Origin: Hydrolagus affinis
Lineage: Eukaryota
Direction: 5' to 3'
Assembly (NCBI GenBank): GCA_012026655.1
Contig: JAAILG010001794.1
Coordinates: 1 to 61,709, forward strand
Length of the DNA stretch: 61,709 bases
Notes under the pieces: model-generated
What the model was told of the DNA's origin: nothing
The model's database searches: none
Seen by the model: the letters and a program-made list of their open reading frames with translations, nothing else
Program-made: the position numbers and the translations under genes
In this document: positions 25,441 through 37,875 of the stretch, one piece after another
How the letters are laid out: each line of letters opens with the position of its first letter
How positions within the stretch are numbered: position 1 is the stretch's first letter

Positions 25441-26694
25441 TTTATAGCATAAAATAGCATTTCTTCTAACAAGAATGACTTTGGACCAATGGTCTGCACC
25501 TCAGTCTATTCCAGTTATAATGCTCCTCAACATTAATCCTCAAAATCTCAAAACTATCAATGAATCAGTTCTTTGGTTTTCTTCCTAATTGATGACAAAC
25601 ATTAATGATGGCAAAAAGCAGCATTTGGCTTTATCTCTCAGGGACAAAGTTAAGTTGATATCGGTCATGGGTGTGAAAAGCTCATACGGATCCAAGGGAA
25701 CACATCATGCATTAATTCACCCGATGTTTCCTGCAGTGCTCCAGTCATACCAAAGCAACAACATGCTCAGAAGACGAAATGGCATTTTCACCCTCTGTGC
25801 TCACAGTCTGTGCCAACCGCATGAGTCAGATTGATGCAACAGTCTGACACGACAATTTCACACTTGGACTCAAGCTGAATTCTGAACCTTTTCTTAAGAC
25901 AGCGTCAACCCAAGTATAATGAGAACTGCGCACAATGTGACCTCTGTTCTCCATGCATTGAGATGAGTGAACCAACAATTTATAACTGCTTTATCAAGAA
26001 CAAGTCTGAACGGAAGTTAAAGGGGCGCAACTAAAGTGCCTAGCAAAACTTTTGTTTCATATTGGGCAACAGCCAAGAATGTGTTTGTATTTTCACCATG
26101 ATAATATGGCACACATCTAATTACGATGATGCGTTAGTGTGTTTCCAAAACAACATTTCAGTTTCATCAACATGAGCCACCTTTTTGACAAGTACACGAT
26201 GAAGAAAGAAATGAGTGGAAAGAAAATTCAAAGCACTTGCAAACTAAAACTGATTTGAAATAAAATAATGTCTCTTGTTTACAATTCAGCCAGGTATACC
26301 TATACTATCAGCCAGGGTAAATTAATGAATCAGCAGCAAAAGCATTCTACAATACAGGAGCAACTCCCACATCTTGTTCAAGATCCACCTTAAGACCCAC
26401 TTAATTAATTGTATATTCAGTCATCTTTCCACTCCGCATCCTTTCCGGCTTCCACCCCACCCAGCTTGGGTGCTCAGTCAACAATGTCAAGCACTTTGAG
26501 ATGTCCTCCTTATGTGAATGGTACTGTATCAATATAAATTGCATTGCACTGTATTGCGCATGCTTGAGTTCTATGTTCTTTGAATATTTCAGGTCATTTA
26601 CCTTACTACAGATATGTCATCCATCATTTTGCTGCTCTGAGTAACATTCTGCACGAAGACTTGCTATTTATGTTTGAATAACTTTTGAAAGTGA

Positions 26695-27199
26695 AGCATC
26701 CTGAGTGAGTTGTCTCGCCTTGCAAGTGTGAGACCTGGGTACAACTCCAGGCAGGACGAAACCTTGGGCAAGTTTCCATATTCCACATGCCTAGTAATAA
26801 TCCCTCAAAAAAAAACTGTATCCTAAAAAGTAGAGTCTTGATAGCTCAGTGGTTTGAGTACTTGTTTGCAAGCGAGAAACATCGGTTCAACTCCTGTCAG
26901 CGCAAAATGTTGGGGAAGTTTCCTTACTCCACACCCCTTTGTTTACCTAGCTGTAAGTAGGAACAGTTTTGAGCCAATTGCCGGATTGTGTATAGAGGGG
27001 TAATAATCCCATTTTTAAAAATAATAAATTTGTCACCACAATCCATGACTGTTTGTGGGACATTGCTGTGCACAACTGGCTGCAGCTTTTCACCTACAAA
27101 ATATACAGTCAATTCACTTACAGTATATTCTGTGTAGTGCTTTGAGACTTCTCAAAGACTTGATAAGGTGTTTTATCAAATGCAAGGATTATTATTATA
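26695..27199 (+). mobile_element. Composite SINE with two tandem heads and one body/tail
   Basis: Head and ...aagtttcc.ta.tccaca motif occur at about 26700-26810 and again at about 26835-26935. Confidence 0.65.
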
Positions 27200-30100
27200 A
27201 CAAATCAAAATTGATTTATTTATGCTTCTGTCAACAAATTTTCAAAGTGATATCCCAAGATATGACATGACAAGTAATTGCTATTAAGTGGAAAAATTTT
27301 ATTCCAAAATTCTAGAAAGACAGATACTCAAATTTCACTATCGGGTTGAAATGTGCAGCAACCCCACATACTTGGGCTGTAAATGGTCAGAAATATCACC
27401 AAATGTCTAAGCTCTCAAAATTGTAGTGCAGTCGTGGGAGTCTTATCATAATTTCCACCAAAGTGCAGGTCACTTACACATTTTCACATGTCTTTGCACA
27501 TGAATAAATCAGTAAACTCAGTCGCTGTTATCTTTCTCCAAATAATCCATTGTGTGGGCTAATCACTGTTCTGCTGTGTTTGCTGATGACTATGGTCAGT
27601 GAATTTGTTCATTCTTAAAAGTAGTTTTAAATGTCCAATATTATTTATAAGTTAAATTTTCATTGAAGTTATTATTCAACAGATACAATTCTATATTTTG
27701 TACTGATTAGTGTGAAGGTCAACAACATCTGGTTGTGTTGTGTGAATTTCAAATAAAATACTGTAAGCCTGGTCTTGATTCAACTAAGACAATATTGACA
27801 GGCTATTTGCAGGATTCGTTAAACTGAATTGCCAGAATTGCATTATTCTATTTCTTAGGAGTTGCAATATTTCTGGACATGTGCACTATTCAGCAGAAAA
27901 TTAAAATAGAATTGTTTCCACTGCTCACAATATGGCCTTCTTACGGTGACTGGTGGAAATGCAGACCGTGGAGTACTATCAGTGAAACACACAAGGAGGT
28001 AGTTATGTCTCACATCAACAATGCAGAGTCACCAGATGTATCCTCCTCTACACTTGCATGGCTGTGGACAAGGTTAGAAAATTACAGAGGTCGCTGCTGG
28101 AAATATCCCAAACTGCTCTGGGCCATTCCAAGAGTGACATAACACCTCAACCCACCCACAGGGCAACACGCAGCCTGAAAAGCCCTTATTTGGCAGGAAC
28201 ACTTTGTTCTTTGTAGCTCACAAATCTGAACAGAAGGAATTTTTTCCTGAGACTGCAGCATTGCTATGGCAAGAAGAGCAGCCTAAAGGAGAAAGGCAGG
28301 ATTTTCCTTGGATCTTTAAACGTTCCCAATATGGCCCATTTGACTGCTTGTCAAGCCATTGCCAGTATTCAAACAACTGGTATTTGTTTTCGAGCCTTAC
28401 AGTTGGCAGTTCTGCTTGGCTTTAACAACCAGGAGCTTCTGAAGATACATTTGACAATTCTAGTTCACTAGTCAATCTCTGGAATGCACATGTACTGTAT
28501 ACTCCAACGTTCATCAAACCAATGCACCAGGCCACCAATATCATCATTCAGGAAAGTAATTCATTGGCTGTATGGCAGGCAAACCACAGGTCAAAAACCT
28601 TAGGCTGAAATCTTCTCATAACATAGACATTGAAGAGTCCTCAACAGCTGGCAAACAGACTCTTCAATAGTTTCTTAATTATCACTATAAATTTTAGAAT
28701 TGACGTATTATGAAACATGAACCTTGCGATGGATTTCCCATCTTTCACTCATTCCTGGCTTCTTCATTTCTATGCATGTTATAGAACTGCTTATGCATGA
28801 TTGCTTAGCAGCTAGCAGCTAGTTCAATGGGAATTTGAACCCAAGGTGTCGAAGGAATGTTTGTTCTGATGTACTAAATAAACATAGGTTTGCACCTTTT
28901 ATTCAGAAGAACAAGCGACCAGAAGAAATCCATTTTGACCAGATCTTCATGATTGTATCTTCAGTGCTCATCGTCCACAACTCCCTTTGATAACTGGGAG
29001 AGGTTGCCATGTGAATAATGCAAATGTAGCCGTGAGGCAGCAGTTGATACAATACTTTACTTGAAGAACAGAGGCATTGAGTGAAAGGTATTGAAATAAA
29101 CACTACTGCATGTCAGGTATTTGTTTCCTGATCTGAAATTATTCCACGGTATCAATCATATTCTATCAATTCCTTGAATCAGTGAAGATAAACACTTGGT
29201 TAAAACACACTTCAAGACCCTCCTCTTCAGTCGTGCCTTTGGTCTTGCTCCTATCCTATCTTCCACACCCTCCTGATCCCCAACCACCAGCTTGGGTGCA
29301 GATCCCTCAGTGTCCAGTGCCTTGGAACATCCTCCAAACATGAAACATAGATTCATAAATTTATTCGAATGAAAAGACAAGAGCTTTATCAGGAATACAG
29401 AAATAATTAATTTGTCAGCTACAACTGAATTGATTATATCGTAAATCTTCAGTTTCGAGTGAATATTTTATAGATTGTACCTGCTATGCTGCATTTCCGA
29501 GCAGGATTCCACAATAATGTATAAGAGTCACGCAAATAAAGATCCCTCTCAGTCACAGTGAGTGACCTCCATATCGGATACAATCTACTTCCCAACTAGA
29601 GTTCTCATGGGTTGGGAGGAATTCCAATAGGATCCCTTATTAAAGAATACCATAAAGAAAAACCTCAAATAATTTCCCAGCATCTGTTAAAATTAGAAAC
29701 CCTGTCAGGATACTGTTCCTGGAAGGGCAGAAGCCAGCTGTGATGAGCACAAAACATGGACAGTGAGTTCCACTGGCAAGAATAACAGGTAATGTATTTA
29801 ATTACCTGTTAGGTAATTAAATACATAGATGTACTTTGTGTCACTGCTAGGTTTTTCCACTGTTGACAATGTTGGGGGGAAAGGCATTTTTTTTTACTAT
29901 AGCACGTGCCAAAAATGCCAATTTACTGAAAAAGATATGCCTCACTCTGGTGGCAGAAACTCAAAGAAATGAAATGCAGCAGTGACATTTCGACGGTTAA
30001 TCTGTCAGGGTGCGAATCATCCCACACCAATGACAGAGTGTGCTCACAGGAGGTGTCAACACTGCCAGCTGCTGTTGAGGATGGTGAGGAAAGGGAGGGA

Positions 30101-30810
30101 GTCATCAGCATTCTTCCTGAAACATCATAGAATTAATAAAGATTGTAATTCATACACAAGTAGCCAAACTAGAGTGATTCCAAGGCAATAATATAGTAAT
30201 GGGATTCAAACGAATTTCCACAACCATTAGTTTGTAGACTGACAATTTCTCCCAAGTATTTATCATTGACTATTTATGTTGTAGTACTGATTAGTTTTTC
30301 TCTGCCTGCATTTGCTACAACCATCCAGGATTCCTTTAATAATCCACCCGAGACCAGTGGTCCCCTTTCTCATATATGACACACAGCACAGTCTCTGATT
30401 GTGTTCAACAAAATTATTCCTTTATTCTTTTGAACAACATTCATGAAATTGTTCTTCCTCTCCTGATTCACCTCCCTCTGCCTCCCACTCCCAAAATTGA
30501 CCTTTATCCACTTTGTGCAATGTTTAAAATTTAGGGCATACTTTCATCTAATTTATTTAAAATACAAATGCAATGTCATCCGGTTTCTAATCCATTGCTG
30601 AAATATTGATAAGCAGCCGCATAAAATGATCCATTCAAGCACTCTATTTTGGCACTGCACATCATCACAATGGACAGAGCCCTCACATTCATACAGATCT
30701 GAATTTTCGCTTATCTGATCAAAATGTAAATACGGAGGATAAAAGCTTGAATCTCTTTGAAAAATGATAATCTCTCAGGAGTCAGCTATACAATACTCAG
30801 GGCTAGATAA

Positions 30811-31280
30811 TAATAAAAATCCTCGCATTTGATATATCACTTTGCACGTCCCCTAGACGTCTCAAAGCACATCATACAATATACTGTAAAGTACACAAAA
30901 ACACAAAATACTGCAGATGCCAGAAATCTGAAACAAAAGCAGAAATCGCTGGGGACACTCACGTGAGTTCTGACGAAGGGTCGTGGACCTGAAACATTGA
31001 TTCACTTTTCCTTTTTCCATAAATGCTGCCTAACCTGCCGAATGTTCCTTACTGTAAAGTGAATTGACTGTATATTTTGTGGGCAAAATGAGGTAGCCAA
31101 TTGTGTACAGCAGTGTCACACAAAAAGTGTGATTGCAGTGACCATTTTGTTATTGTTTTTTCTTGAGGGATTATTATCAGGTGTGTGAAGCAAGGAAACT
31201 TGCCCCAGATTTTGACCTGCTGGGAATCACACCCAGGTCTCTCACTTACGAGGCCAGTCCTCTAATCACTGAGCTACAGG
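30811..31280 (-). mobile_element. tRNA-derived SINE interrupted by a Penelope-like insertion
   Basis: SINE sequence is contiguous once 30893-31060 is removed. Confidence 0.8.
30893..31049 (+). mobile_element. Penelope-like pLTR fragment with inverted 5' segment and decayed hammerhead (30963-31005), inserted in a SINE
   Basis: 30895-30961 is the reverse complement of the repeat tail; then gtgagtt-CTGACGA-agggtc gtg gacct-GAAA-catt-gattcac. Flanked by the direct repeat tactgtaaagt at 30882-30892 and 31050-31060. Confidence 0.7.
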
Positions 31281-32479
31281 AGTGCACTGACTCCGCAGAA
31301 CTGCAATACATTTCCACATTGTGAATGTAGAAATTCGCCACTTCTTTACTGGCAAGGTTGTTCGAGCAAGTGCACTGCAAGAATTCCCCCATGCTCAACC
31401 ACAGACATACTAACACCCACAACACACACACATAAATTGCCACTGGTCCTGCATATGCACATTGCACAAAAAACATTCAATTACCTTATATGGGAGAATG
31501 CCATTAGCTCCACCGATTTACCACAGTCAATTTTCTGCAGGTGAACTATCATCACTGATAAGATACGCCTTCTTTTAGAGCAAGTCTTAGATCAGGGCTT
31601 TTGCTTCTTGCAATTTGAGTTAAGAAAATTGCTGGATGCTGGGGGTTAGGGGAAGCTGTGGAGCCTGGAAATGACATGCTTGCCAACAGCACGAGCACAA
31701 AACTGCATGTCGCTTTCATGCAAGCTCACCACTTATTGCCAACAATCAGACACACAGGCAATTGGCAGAAAACACACACACACACACACACATACTCAGC
31801 AGCGAAAGTTTAAAGTATCATTAAGTGTACAGGTTGCCATTTCATTATTTGGCTCCAAAGATATTTTCCCACCCACTACTCATATATCGATCAATACCTC
31901 TTCCACCCTAGATGATGTAGTTTTGCCTCTCAGTCTCAATCTTTCCAGAAGCGAGAACAACAATAAGTTGTGTCTGTAGAAATGCCTTTCACACTTTCAC
32001 ATGGGACGATGTGAGGGCGTGGAAGAGTTTGTCAAAAGCAGGTAGAAAGAGAGCGGGTAAAGAAGATCTTTGGAATGGAGTTCTGGAGAAAGGTGTCAAA
32101 ACAAATTAAAACACGCCCATCCATGATAGGTGTGGACATGAAGCAAGCTGCCAGTGTTACACTGTGTGAAGGAATTGACTGGACAATAGGGTCACAGGAG
32201 ATTGCAGCCAAAGAGTCAAAGGAGGATGGGGATAAATTTTATCTGCTGGGGGCTGGTGAGCCAGTGGACTCAGGTGAGTTTGGAGATAATGAGTGCATGG
32301 AACCTTGTGTGGGAGAGGATATACATCTCAAAGTGCTTCACAGAATATACAGTAAAATGAATTGATTATTTTTTATGGGCAAAACACAGCAGATAATTGA
32401 GCCCTGCAGGGTCCTACAAACATGGATTGAAGTGACAAATTTATTATGGTAAGCACAGAGTTGGTAACCAGACAGTATT

Positions 32480-32590
32480 GGTCAGGCAACATCTATGGAG
32501 AAAGGAGCTGCTGCCTGACCTGCTGAGTGTTCCCAGCAATTCCTGTTTTTGTTTCAGATTTCCAGCATCTGCAGTATTTTGCATTTTTGT
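32480..32590 (+). mobile_element. Penelope-like pLTR fragment, inverted arrangement, no ribozyme core
   Basis: gtcaggcaacatctatggagaaagg (inverted) followed by the forward tail ctgcctgacctgctgag...gcagtatttt. Confidence 0.6.
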
Positions 32591-34324
32591 TCAGATTATA
32601 ATGGTGTCTGGTAATCAAGCATGGACATGATGAAGGTGTGAATGAGGGTTTCAGCAGCTCGGGGAGAAGTTATGGCATAGGGTAATCTTGTGGAGTGAGG
32701 GAAAGCCATTAGAATAAAAGCCCAAATGCACATTTCGAAGGATGGTTGTGAGTTGAAAAAGACATTGTCCCCAGAGTGAGTTTGTATGGATTTTTGTGAG
32801 TTGTATCTGAGACGAGAAAGATGAAATTAAGCTATGGGAATTGAGAGCTCATCCAGCATATAACATGCCAGTGGATAGAGACAGGTTGATGTTTGCAGAG
32901 ACACATCAGGGCAAAGAGGTTTGAAAACACAAATCATTCACTCACAAAAAGTCACGATAAGTACAACACGTAAGTGATTATTGTGTGAAGGCATTGTTTC
33001 TGTCGCTTGCATCAAAATACTTTATTTTAAAGATTGCCAAAGATCAGTGGAGATGAGCAATCAAATACATTCAGACTTTGTATTCAGTAGGTCCAAACAA
33101 GCTGAGAAACGATGGTCTGTATATGCAGGGCGTCACTTTGTCCCTTCACAAAATATAGGTCTAACCTTTGCAAGGCCGGGTTAGAAAAATAGGCCAAAGT
33201 ACATTATATTGGGCCTGGATTTTTTTCATGATGTTACAATTGTAAATAAATTGCCTCCTGTTAAGTAAAATGTAATTCATTTTAATGTGATTATGAGTCG
33301 AAACAGTACATTCATACATTCCATTTTTTTTTAACAGTAACAACTTGCATTTATATAGCATGCTTCACATAGCTCCCAGAGAAGGAAGTTTGTTCCAGTG
33401 ACCTGGCCAACAATCCTTCAATAGAAATGCTCACTCACTTCATGACTGTGTGTGTGATATTGCAGTGTGCAAATTGGCTGCCACGTTTTCCCATAAAACA
33501 GTCTCTGCATTTTACAATGTATCCTGTGAAGCACGTTGGGATGTCTTCCCAATGTGAAAGGTACTATACCAAATGGAAGCACTATTATTAGTAATTTTAT
33601 TTCACATGATTCCTTCAATAACGGGTTTAGGAATTAACCCTAGTTTTTCAGTCAATCTGGCCTTTTTAAAAAAAATTATCATGAGTCAATGGATTGAGTA
33701 TTTTTTTAACATCAAAATTATACTTTAAAAAATATTTTTACACTAAAGCCAAAGAGATGTGGAATGTGTGCTCTCTACTGTCTGGTAAATGATTGAGCAA
33801 ATCTACAAATCTTCAATTGGATCGTGAAAAATATAGGATTTTAAATCTCTTTGCTGAAGTAAATGAAAAGAAAAAAAATTGTTCTCAAGGCTTAGAATCA
33901 AAATCTCAGCAATTACTAAATATTAAAGGCTACCAAATCCTGAGACACAATCAAGGGAATGAATGTGTTTAGGAATCCCGCAACTTGACCCCAAAGTAGG
34001 TCCAATGTAAGTTTGCTTATAACACAGATGGGCGTCTCAAAATGTTTCACAGAATATACTGTAAAGTGAATTGACTACATATGTGGGTGAAATGCGACAG
34101 CCAATTGTGCACAGCGGTGTCCCACAAACGGTGGTGGATTTCAGTGACCAATTTATTATTGCGTTGTTTCTTGAGGGATTAGTATCAGAAGTATGGAGCA
34201 ACGAAATTTGTGCATGGTTTTGCCCTGCCGGGAATCGAACTCAGGTCGCCTCTAAGCTATAGGCCTCAAAGCATGACCCCGAAGACCCAGAAGTGGGGAC
34301 AGTAGATTTTGTTTTGTGAAACCG

Positions 34325-34636
34325 TGATAATAATAATCCTTGCATTTGATATAGCACTTTTCACATCTTTTCAAAGTCTCAAAATTCTTCGCAGAATATA
34401 CTGTAAAGTGAATTGACTGTATAAATGTGGGCAAAACTCAGCAGCCAATTGTGCACAGCAGTGTTCCACAAGCAGCCGTGAAGTGAAACAACCAATTTTA
34501 TTATTGTGGGTTTTTTGGAGGGATTATTATTAGGCGTGTAGAGTAATGAAACTTGCCCAAGGTTTTGCCCTGAGCTGTCTGGATTCGAACAAAAGGTCTC
34601 ACGCTGGAAAGGCGAGCGCTCTAACCATTGAGCCAC
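34325..34636 (-). mobile_element. tRNA-derived SINE, near full length (a second partial copy at about 34030-34260)
   Basis: Reverse complement of the same family. Confidence 0.85.
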
Positions 34637-35741
34637 AGTGGGTGGGGAGGCGTCCCATTATTTGAACACCAAACACCAAATTGCAAAGGATTTGAATGTA
34701 AAACACCCACCTCATTAGACTGGTTTGCAGTTACAGCAATTATGCTGGACAGACACAATGTATTTCATTAAACAAAAAAAAGGAAGTGTTTGTCCAGTTA
34801 CAGCTGGTAATTAAGACCATAAAGGATTAATTCTACACCCTAGATGTTTTGACTATCAATCCACTCAGTTCACCAATTTCTGTAGACTTTCTTCTTCATT
34901 CCCAAGAGATCAACTCTAGCAACATTGAGCTGGAATCCCAGGAATTTCAATTTCCTGAGGATTTGTGGTCCATGAATCCATAGCTTGTCCTCAAGTACTT
35001 TTCAATGTGCCTTACACAAACCAATAGAACAGTGATAGAAAATCATTCCCCAGCATCATGTGCTGGTATTTGTTTCTGCAATCTTACCAAGACTGGTAAT
35101 GGAATTCAATTTGGAAAGATCACAGTCAAGTGGTCAAGACTACACCATCAGCGAGTTACTTACAGGAAAATACTCATCATTCCATTATCTTTCAGAAAAT
35201 CCATTTTGAGTCTTCTACGGATTGATTAAATGCTGCCCATGTGAAGGGCACGTCCAACTGTAGTCAATGACATTTCCATTCACTAAAGCTGGGAAGAGAA
35301 TAATTGCAATGGTGGTCTACATCGACTCGCTTTAGACTCAATATACAGCAATCTGGAAACAAATAAAACGTCTATTTGATATGAAAACACACCCTTCTCT
35401 CATTGCTAGATCTTTCACATGGATAAACAACAACATTCCCACAAAGTGTTCAGTGTCCACTGGTGCTAACTGAGCACAAGAATGGGAATGTTACAGTTCC
35501 AGGCACTATGGCTGTTGACCTTGGAAGGATGATAATGTCGATAATCACTCAAATTTTTTCAATGATTTCACATCATATTCATCATTAGACAACCCTGCCA
35601 CAGGTAATTGGGCTACAAACTAATCCACGGATTCCAAAGAGGTTGGATAGGCAAGAGTCTCACCGGGACATTGATGAAATCATGACAATCTTCAGCAGAA
35701 TTTAAAAAGATATTACATGTAAGAAAGCTCAAGGCACTTAA

Positions 35742-35816
35742 CTTTCACCAATCCAAACATATCCCAGAAAAGCTTTACATATCTTTCACAAATCCAAACA
35801 TATCCTAGAAAAGCTT
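35742..35816 (+). repeat. Tandem duplication with a 41-bp period
   Basis: ctttcacmaatccaaacatatccyagaaaagctt occurs twice. Confidence 0.8.
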
Positions 35817-36876
35817 GTTCTGATTCAAATGCTTCAGTTGCTCCAAGGAGGATATTTTTCCGTCTTCCTTTTACTGAAAACAGTAGACCATTACTATAGT
35901 GAATGCCATTTTTCGTAGGCTTAACAAATAATGAAATACTCAGACCTTTGTGACAATGCTAGTTCATTTCATCTTGTTTTCCTCCGCAGGTTTTCAACAA
36001 AGCCTGACTATACTACAGTGCCCACGAAAGTTATCTTCCACTTAACTACTTTGTGAAGATGGTGTGTGGTGCTAAAAACAAATCATTTTATGTGATTTAT
36101 TGTAATATGGTGTGGAGTATATTTACTTTAATCAGCAACTTTAATCCATCTGAAGAAGTTGGTGGATAAGAAGTACAGGTTTGAAAGGTTCATGTTGTCT
36201 CATTCTACTACAATCTACCTACATTTTTGAGTATCAAGCTGAATGTCATAGTTTTGCAAAAATGATAAAACTTGTTGCATTTATGCATGCAAAATTGATG
36301 TGTCCACACAATATTTATGAAATCTTCCCATTTCTGTTTGCAATGATTTTATAAGGTAATGCATTGGGCATTCACTTTGTGATTGTTCAAGTAATCCTCG
36401 ATTGGTAAACATTTATTTACAATCATATCCAAAAATAGGATAGGCGTTCAAGGTGTCAGTAGAACATCGAGACATCAATCTTCCTTCGGAAAAGTGTTAC
36501 TGCTGCCACAGAGTGCTTTTAATGTGATATGCAAGACTTGGCACAGCAGCAGAAATCAACTCAAGGGGATTAAACTGCTCGGATATAAACACCAAATGTA
36601 GACTGTGTTTTATATTAGTTCCATTGCTTTTCTTTCCATCTCGACTGACGGTTATCCAATTCTACTGGAAATCACATTCACTCTCTCCATGTTCACATTT
36701 TAAGCAAACTGCTAGCAGAAATCAATGGAAATTGGAGGCGGAGAGATTAACCTTTCATGAAATTCATTTCTGACCTTGAAGTGCTTTGCATCTGAAATCA
36801 TGCCAAGGAGATCAGCAGAAAACCCTTCACCACACTCCCAACAGGTTTTCTACTTCATGAGCAACGGTCAACTTAC

Positions 36877-36931
36877 CTGCCAGGCAGCAAATGAATGACA
36901 ACGCAAAAAAATGACTGAACAGGAACCACAT
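36877..36931 (-). CDS. CNTN1: Contactin-1, first coding exon (signal peptide MWFLFSHFFALSFICCLA)
   Basis: ATG at 36931-36929, 18 mostly hydrophobic codons plus 1 nt, donor CAG|GTAAGT. Resembles the human CNTN1 N-terminus (MWLLVSHLVIISITTCLA). Phase 1 fits the next exon. Confidence 0.9.
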
Positions 36932-37014
36932 TATCAGCTGTGGTTGAAAGCGGATGGCATCAACTTCAAAACCGCTGTGCTCCTGAGGTCTTGGATATCA
37001 AATCACCAGGCTGC
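36932..37014 (-). other. CNTN1: 5' UTR part of the ATG-containing exon (whole exon 36877-37014, 138 nt)
   Basis: Pyrimidine tract and acceptor ctctgctttattttgtag| ending at 37015, which implies a non-coding exon further upstream. Confidence 0.7.
36934..36960 (-). promoter_or_regulatory. Upstream ORF (MPSAFNHS*) in the CNTN1 5' UTR
   Basis: ATG CCA TCC GCT TTC AAC CAC AGC TGA, then TA, then the main ATG. Confidence 0.55.
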
Positions 37015-37554
37015 CTACAAAATAAAGCAGAGAACCATGTTAAAACAGGTTTCTTTGGAATAGATAATTACTACATATTCTTGTTAATCAATTGGGTGCA
37101 AATGTTTGTTCAGCACAAAATATGGTTCTTACCCCATGCGGGGACTTTGAACTCACACAGTCTAGGCCGACACCGCAGAACAATGCTGGGAAAGCACTGC
37201 ATCGTCAGAGATGCCGTCCTTTGGATAAGGACAGGCTAATAAATCAAACCCTATCTGACTGTTCAAGCAGACATCAGAGATACCACAATGCTATTTAAAG
37301 AGAGAATTTCTTCTTGTGTCCTGGTCGACAATCCCCCCAAATAAAATTGGTCACTCACTTCATGGCTGTTTGAAGACAGACCAGACAAATTGCCTTATCA
37401 GAAGGGCTTGGAGAGCCAAGGAATGATCCTTCTCACTATCTCCTGTTATCCCTGCTAACCAAAGCTCTAACAAGTAGAGTAGGCCAAGGTGAACAACCAG
37501 TAGAAAACCTGTTGGGAGTGTGGTTGGCAAACTCATGGGGCATTAACTGATTAA

Positions 37555-37875
37555 CCTGTAGCTCAGTGGTTTGAGCACTTGCTTTACAAGCATGAGACTT
37601 GCGTTCGAATCCGGGCAGGTCAGGGTGGAAACCTTGGGCAAGTTTCCTTACTCCACACACTTAATAATAATCCCTCAAGAATTTTTTTTTTTTAATTGGG
37701 TCATTTCAATCCACGAGTGTTTGTGGGACACTGCTGTGTGCAATTGGCTGCCACATTTTGCCCACAAATATACAATCAATTCATTTTACAGTATATTCTG
37801 TGAAGCGCTTTGAGATGTCTAGAAGATGTGAAAAATGCTATATCAAATGCAAGGATTATTATTATTACTATTATT
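37555..37875 (+). mobile_element. tRNA-derived SINE, near full length, with L2-like 3' tail
   Basis: A box tagctcagtgg, B box gttcgaatcc, body shared with more than 10 copies in the window, (ATT)n tail. Confidence 0.85.

Noticed and set aside
871-36931. Assignment to CNTN2 or CNTN3-6
   Set aside because: Diagnostic peptides (signal peptide, [13 protein letters not shown], PSIxKSVFSK, [24 protein letters not shown]) fit CNTN1 best. Phylogeny and synteny would confirm it.
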